This document shows positions 10,376 through 12,480 of a stretch of 12,480 nt of DNA, piece after piece. Origin of the DNA: Atribacterota bacterium (GTDB lineage Bacteria; Atribacterota; Phoenicimicrobiia; Phoenicimicrobiales; Phoenicimicrobiaceae); assembly GCA_038203565.1 (NCBI GenBank), contig JBBRDV010000037.1, forward strand, positions 1 through 12,480. Reading direction: 5' to 3'. Both the position numbers and the translations under genes were made by a program. Each line of letters begins with the position of its first letter. Position 1 is the first letter of the stretch. The notes beneath the pieces are model-generated. The model saw only the letters and a program-made list of their open reading frames with translations. It ran no database searches and was not told the origin of the DNA.

Positions 10376-10388
10376 TATTAGAAACTTT

Positions 10389-10628
10389 ATGAACAAGATA
10401 ATTATTTTACTAATAAGTTTTTATCAAAAATATATATCCCTCTTAAAACCTGCCACCTGTAGGTTTTATCCCACTTGTTCTGAATATGCCGCACAGGCCC
10501 TGAAAAAATACGGCCTTTTAAAAGGCTTTCGGCTTTCTGTGGGGAGAATGTTGCGCTGTCACCCTTTTAATCCGGGCGGCTATGATCCCCTTCCCGATTC
10601 TTCGGAGATTTGTACACCTAAAAAGTAA
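10389..10628 (+). CDS. yidD: Membrane protein insertion efficiency factor YidD
   Basis: 79 aa. Motifs [16 protein letters not shown] and [12 protein letters not shown]. Lies between rnpA and yidC. Confidence 0.97.
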   Translation: MNKIIILLISFYQKYISLLKPATCRFYPTCSEYAAQALKKYGLLKGFRLSVGRMLRCHPFNPGGYDPLPDSSEICTPKK

Positions 10629-10701
10629 AACAAAGTACATTACAATAAAATAGACAAAATAAAAATAGTAGAAAGAAAAACAAAAAAACAAAGGAGAAAA
10701 T

Positions 10702-11631
10702 ATGTGGAGTTCTTTAGTCGCGTTATTTACTAAACTGTTAACCCTGCTCTATAGTTTTACCCACAATTATGGAGTTGCTATTATATTACTAACTATTCTT
10801 CTCAGATTGATCTTGTATCCCTTGATGCAGAAACAGATGGTTTCTATGCGAGAGATGCAGAAAATTCAGCCTTTAATGAAGTCGGTACAGGAAAAATATA
10901 AGAATGATAAAGAAAGATTAAATAAAGAGTTAATGGCTTTATATAAAGAACATAAAGTCAATCCTATGAGCGGATGTTTACCTTTATTAATTCAAATGCC
11001 TATTTTAATTCTACTTTTCCAGGTTTTAAGGGTATTTAAATACACGGATAAATTAACCGGTGAAATCGTTGGAGGGTTTTTATGGATTGCCAATAAGGTA
11101 CCGGTTTTAATAGATGGTAAGCTTACAGATATTGCAGGGCTTGCTGCCCCCGAACAACTAATTCATTTACCCGGTAATGGAATTTTTGGAATACAATACC
11201 TTGGCATATTGCCCTTTCTGGTCGCCGGCTCGATGTATATTCAACAAAAGATGACCTCCCCGGCAAGTGCACCTGCGGGCAAAGGCGGAGGGTCTTCCGA
11301 ACAGACCCAGAAGATGATGACTATTATGATGCCTTTATTGATTGGTTTTATGAGTTTCAGCCTGCCTTCTGGTTTGAGCCTGTACTGGTTTATCTCTACC
11401 CTTTTAGGGATTGGGCAGCAGTATCTGATTAACCAGAAAACGCCTGCAATAGACGAAATACCAAAAGAAGTTGCTCCGGGGGAAAAAGAGAAACCATCTA
11501 ACAAAAAACCGGAAAAATTAGCAGCTCCCAGAGAAGAACCGTGGATTCCGGGATATGAAGGAGTACACGGGGGAAACCCTTCCGGAGATAAGAACAAAAC
11601 TAATAAATATAAAAAAGGCAAAAGAAGATAA
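10702..11631 (+). CDS. yidC: YidC/Oxa1-family membrane protein insertase (short form, no large N-terminal periplasmic domain)
   Basis: 309 aa, SD AAGGAG. Motifs YGVAIILLTILLR.ILYPL, MQKIQP, LYKEHKVNP.SGCLP.LIQMP, FLWI and PSGLSLYW. Charged C-terminal tail. Confidence 0.96.
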   Translation: MWSSLVALFTKLLTLLYSFTHNYGVAIILLTILLRLILYPLMQKQMVSMREMQKIQPLMKSVQEKYKNDKERLNKELMALYKEHKVNPMSGCLPLLIQMPILILLFQVLRVFKYTDKLTGEIVGGFLWIANKVPVLIDGKLTDIAGLAAPEQLIHLPGNGIFGIQYLGILPFLVAGSMYIQQKMTSPASAPAGKGGGSSEQTQKMMTIMMPLLIGFMSFSLPSGLSLYWFISTLLGIGQQYLINQKTPAIDEIPKEVAPGEKEKPSNKKPEKLAAPREEPWIPGYEGVHGGNPSGDKNKTNKYKKGKRR

Positions 11632-11638
11632 TTTAGAT

Positions 11639-12172
11639 ATGAAAAAGGAAACGGATTTGGGGAATATTAATGACTTTAAATTAAGTCTTCAAGGAAAAGC
11701 TCAAACAACTCTGGAAAAAATAGTAAATTTTATTGTAGAGGACGGAGAAATACAGGTAATTAACAATGAAGAGGCTGACACAATTGTTTTAGGAATAAAA
11801 ACCTCTAATCCCGGAGTATTAATTGGAAGGCAGGGACATACCCTTGATGCCCTTCAATATATTGTTAACATTATAACTAATAAAGAAATCGAAGAACCTG
11901 AACGAAGGAAGATAATAGTTGATATCGAAGGTTATAAGGAAAGAAGAGAAGATATTGTTTCCAAATATGCTCGTGAAAAAGCAGAAATAGTGAAAAAAAC
12001 AGGAAAAAAGATTGCTCTTTGTTATATGAATGCGGCGGAAAGAAGAATTGTTCATCTTGTTTTACAAGAGGAACCCCTGCTGAGCACTTATAGCGAAGGA
12101 ACAGAACCTTTTAGAAGAGTTATTATAGTCCCAGAAGAAAACATAAATAACATAAAGAACACAGAAGAATAA
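11639..12172 (+). CDS. jag: Jag/KhpB/EloR-family RNA-binding protein (KH + R3H)
   Basis: KH motif GVLIGRQGHTLDALQY and R3H motif MNAAERRIVH, plus TYSEGTEPFRRVII. Lies between yidC and mnmE. I prefer the start at ATG 11639 (7 nt after the yidC stop, 177 aa); the track's start at 11555 overlaps yidC by 77 nt. Confidence 0.92.
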   Translation: MKKETDLGNINDFKLSLQGKAQTTLEKIVNFIVEDGEIQVINNEEADTIVLGIKTSNPGVLIGRQGHTLDALQYIVNIITNKEIEEPERRKIIVDIEGYKERREDIVSKYAREKAEIVKKTGKKIALCYMNAAERRIVHLVLQEEPLLSTYSEGTEPFRRVIIVPEENINNIKNTEE

Positions 12173-12191
12173 TAATAAAGAATTATTAACC

Positions 12192-12248
12192 AGCATAAGA
12201 AGTTAAATATTGTCCCCAGGATGAATATTAATCTTTTTATGCTTTTTT
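12192..12248 (+). terminator. Probable intrinsic terminator after jag
   Basis: Long imperfect hairpin: AGCATAAGAAG (12192-12202) pairs with CTTTTTATGCT (12233-12243), with inner AATATT arms. A T run follows. Confidence 0.55.
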
Positions 12249-12254
12249 GTTATA

Positions 12255-12275
12255 GCTACGATGCATTATCGTAGC
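12255..12275. repeat. 8-bp perfect inverted repeat
   Basis: GCTACGAT-GCATT-ATCGTAGC. Confidence 0.65.
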
Positions 12276-12301
12276 CCTGTTTCCGAATTCTAATTTTTTT
12301 A

Positions 12302-12332
12302 ACGCGATACTCAACACTCGATACGCGGTACG
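12302..12332 (+). repeat. Degenerate heptamer tandem repeat
   Basis: ACGCGAT ACTCAAC ACTCGAT ACGCGGT ACG, ending just before the mnmE SD. Confidence 0.55.
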
Positions 12333-12352
12333 AAAAAGTCAGGAGAATACTT

Positions 12353-12480
12353 ATGAAATTTTGGGAAAACGATACCATTGCTGCTATTTCTACCCCAATT
12401 GGGGAAAGCGGAATCGGCATTGTCAGAATAAGCGGCCCAAGAACCTTAGAAATAGCTCAAGAGGTATTTAGAGATAAAAA
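12353..12480 (+). CDS. mnmE: tRNA modification GTPase MnmE (TrmE), 5' end truncated by window edge
   Basis: Not in the ORF track. Translation [42 protein letters not shown] contains the DTIAAI.TP.G..GI.IVRISG signature. SD AGGAG at 12341-12345. Canonical position after jag. Confidence 0.95.
   Translation, partial: MKFWENDTIAAISTPIGESGIGIVRISGPRTLEIAQEVFRDK

Noticed and set aside
11241..12055. Minus-strand ORFs 11241-11621 and 11819-12055
   Set aside because: Antisense shadows of yidC and jag.
10339..12247. Shared TATGCTTTTT in the rnpA-yidD hairpin (10339-10348) and the post-jag hairpin (12238-12247)
   Set aside because: Only a 10-nt T-rich match, with arms in opposite order; not enough to call a repeat family.

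Overview
This window is the chromosomal replication-origin region of an AT-rich bacterium and is made almost entirely of core housekeeping genes. The minus strand carries dnaA-dnaN-recF-dciA(DUF721)-gyrB-gyrA, then the 5' end of a probable GAF-domain (AcoR-like) regulator running off the left edge. The plus strand carries rpmH-rnpA-yidD-yidC-jag(khpB/eloR) and the 5' end of mnmE. The ORF track misses rpmH, mnmE and the regulator. DnaA boxes flank dnaA on both sides, consistent with a bipartite oriC, and a box-box-DnaA-trio unwinding module lies just upstream of dnaN. I see no mobile element, CRISPR array, tRNA/rRNA or novel multi-gene system. The points of interest are small-scale: a GyrA S83I-equivalent quinolone-resistance residue, an unusual AQRY catalytic motif, nested direct repeats between the divergent dnaA/rpmH promoters, a perfect 18-bp hairpin overlapped by an SD-led 13-codon ORF between rnpA and yidD, a Jag lacking an intact Jag_N domain, a hairpin in the gyrB leader, and a heptamer repeat before mnmE. 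All calls are from reading the sequence; no searches were run.
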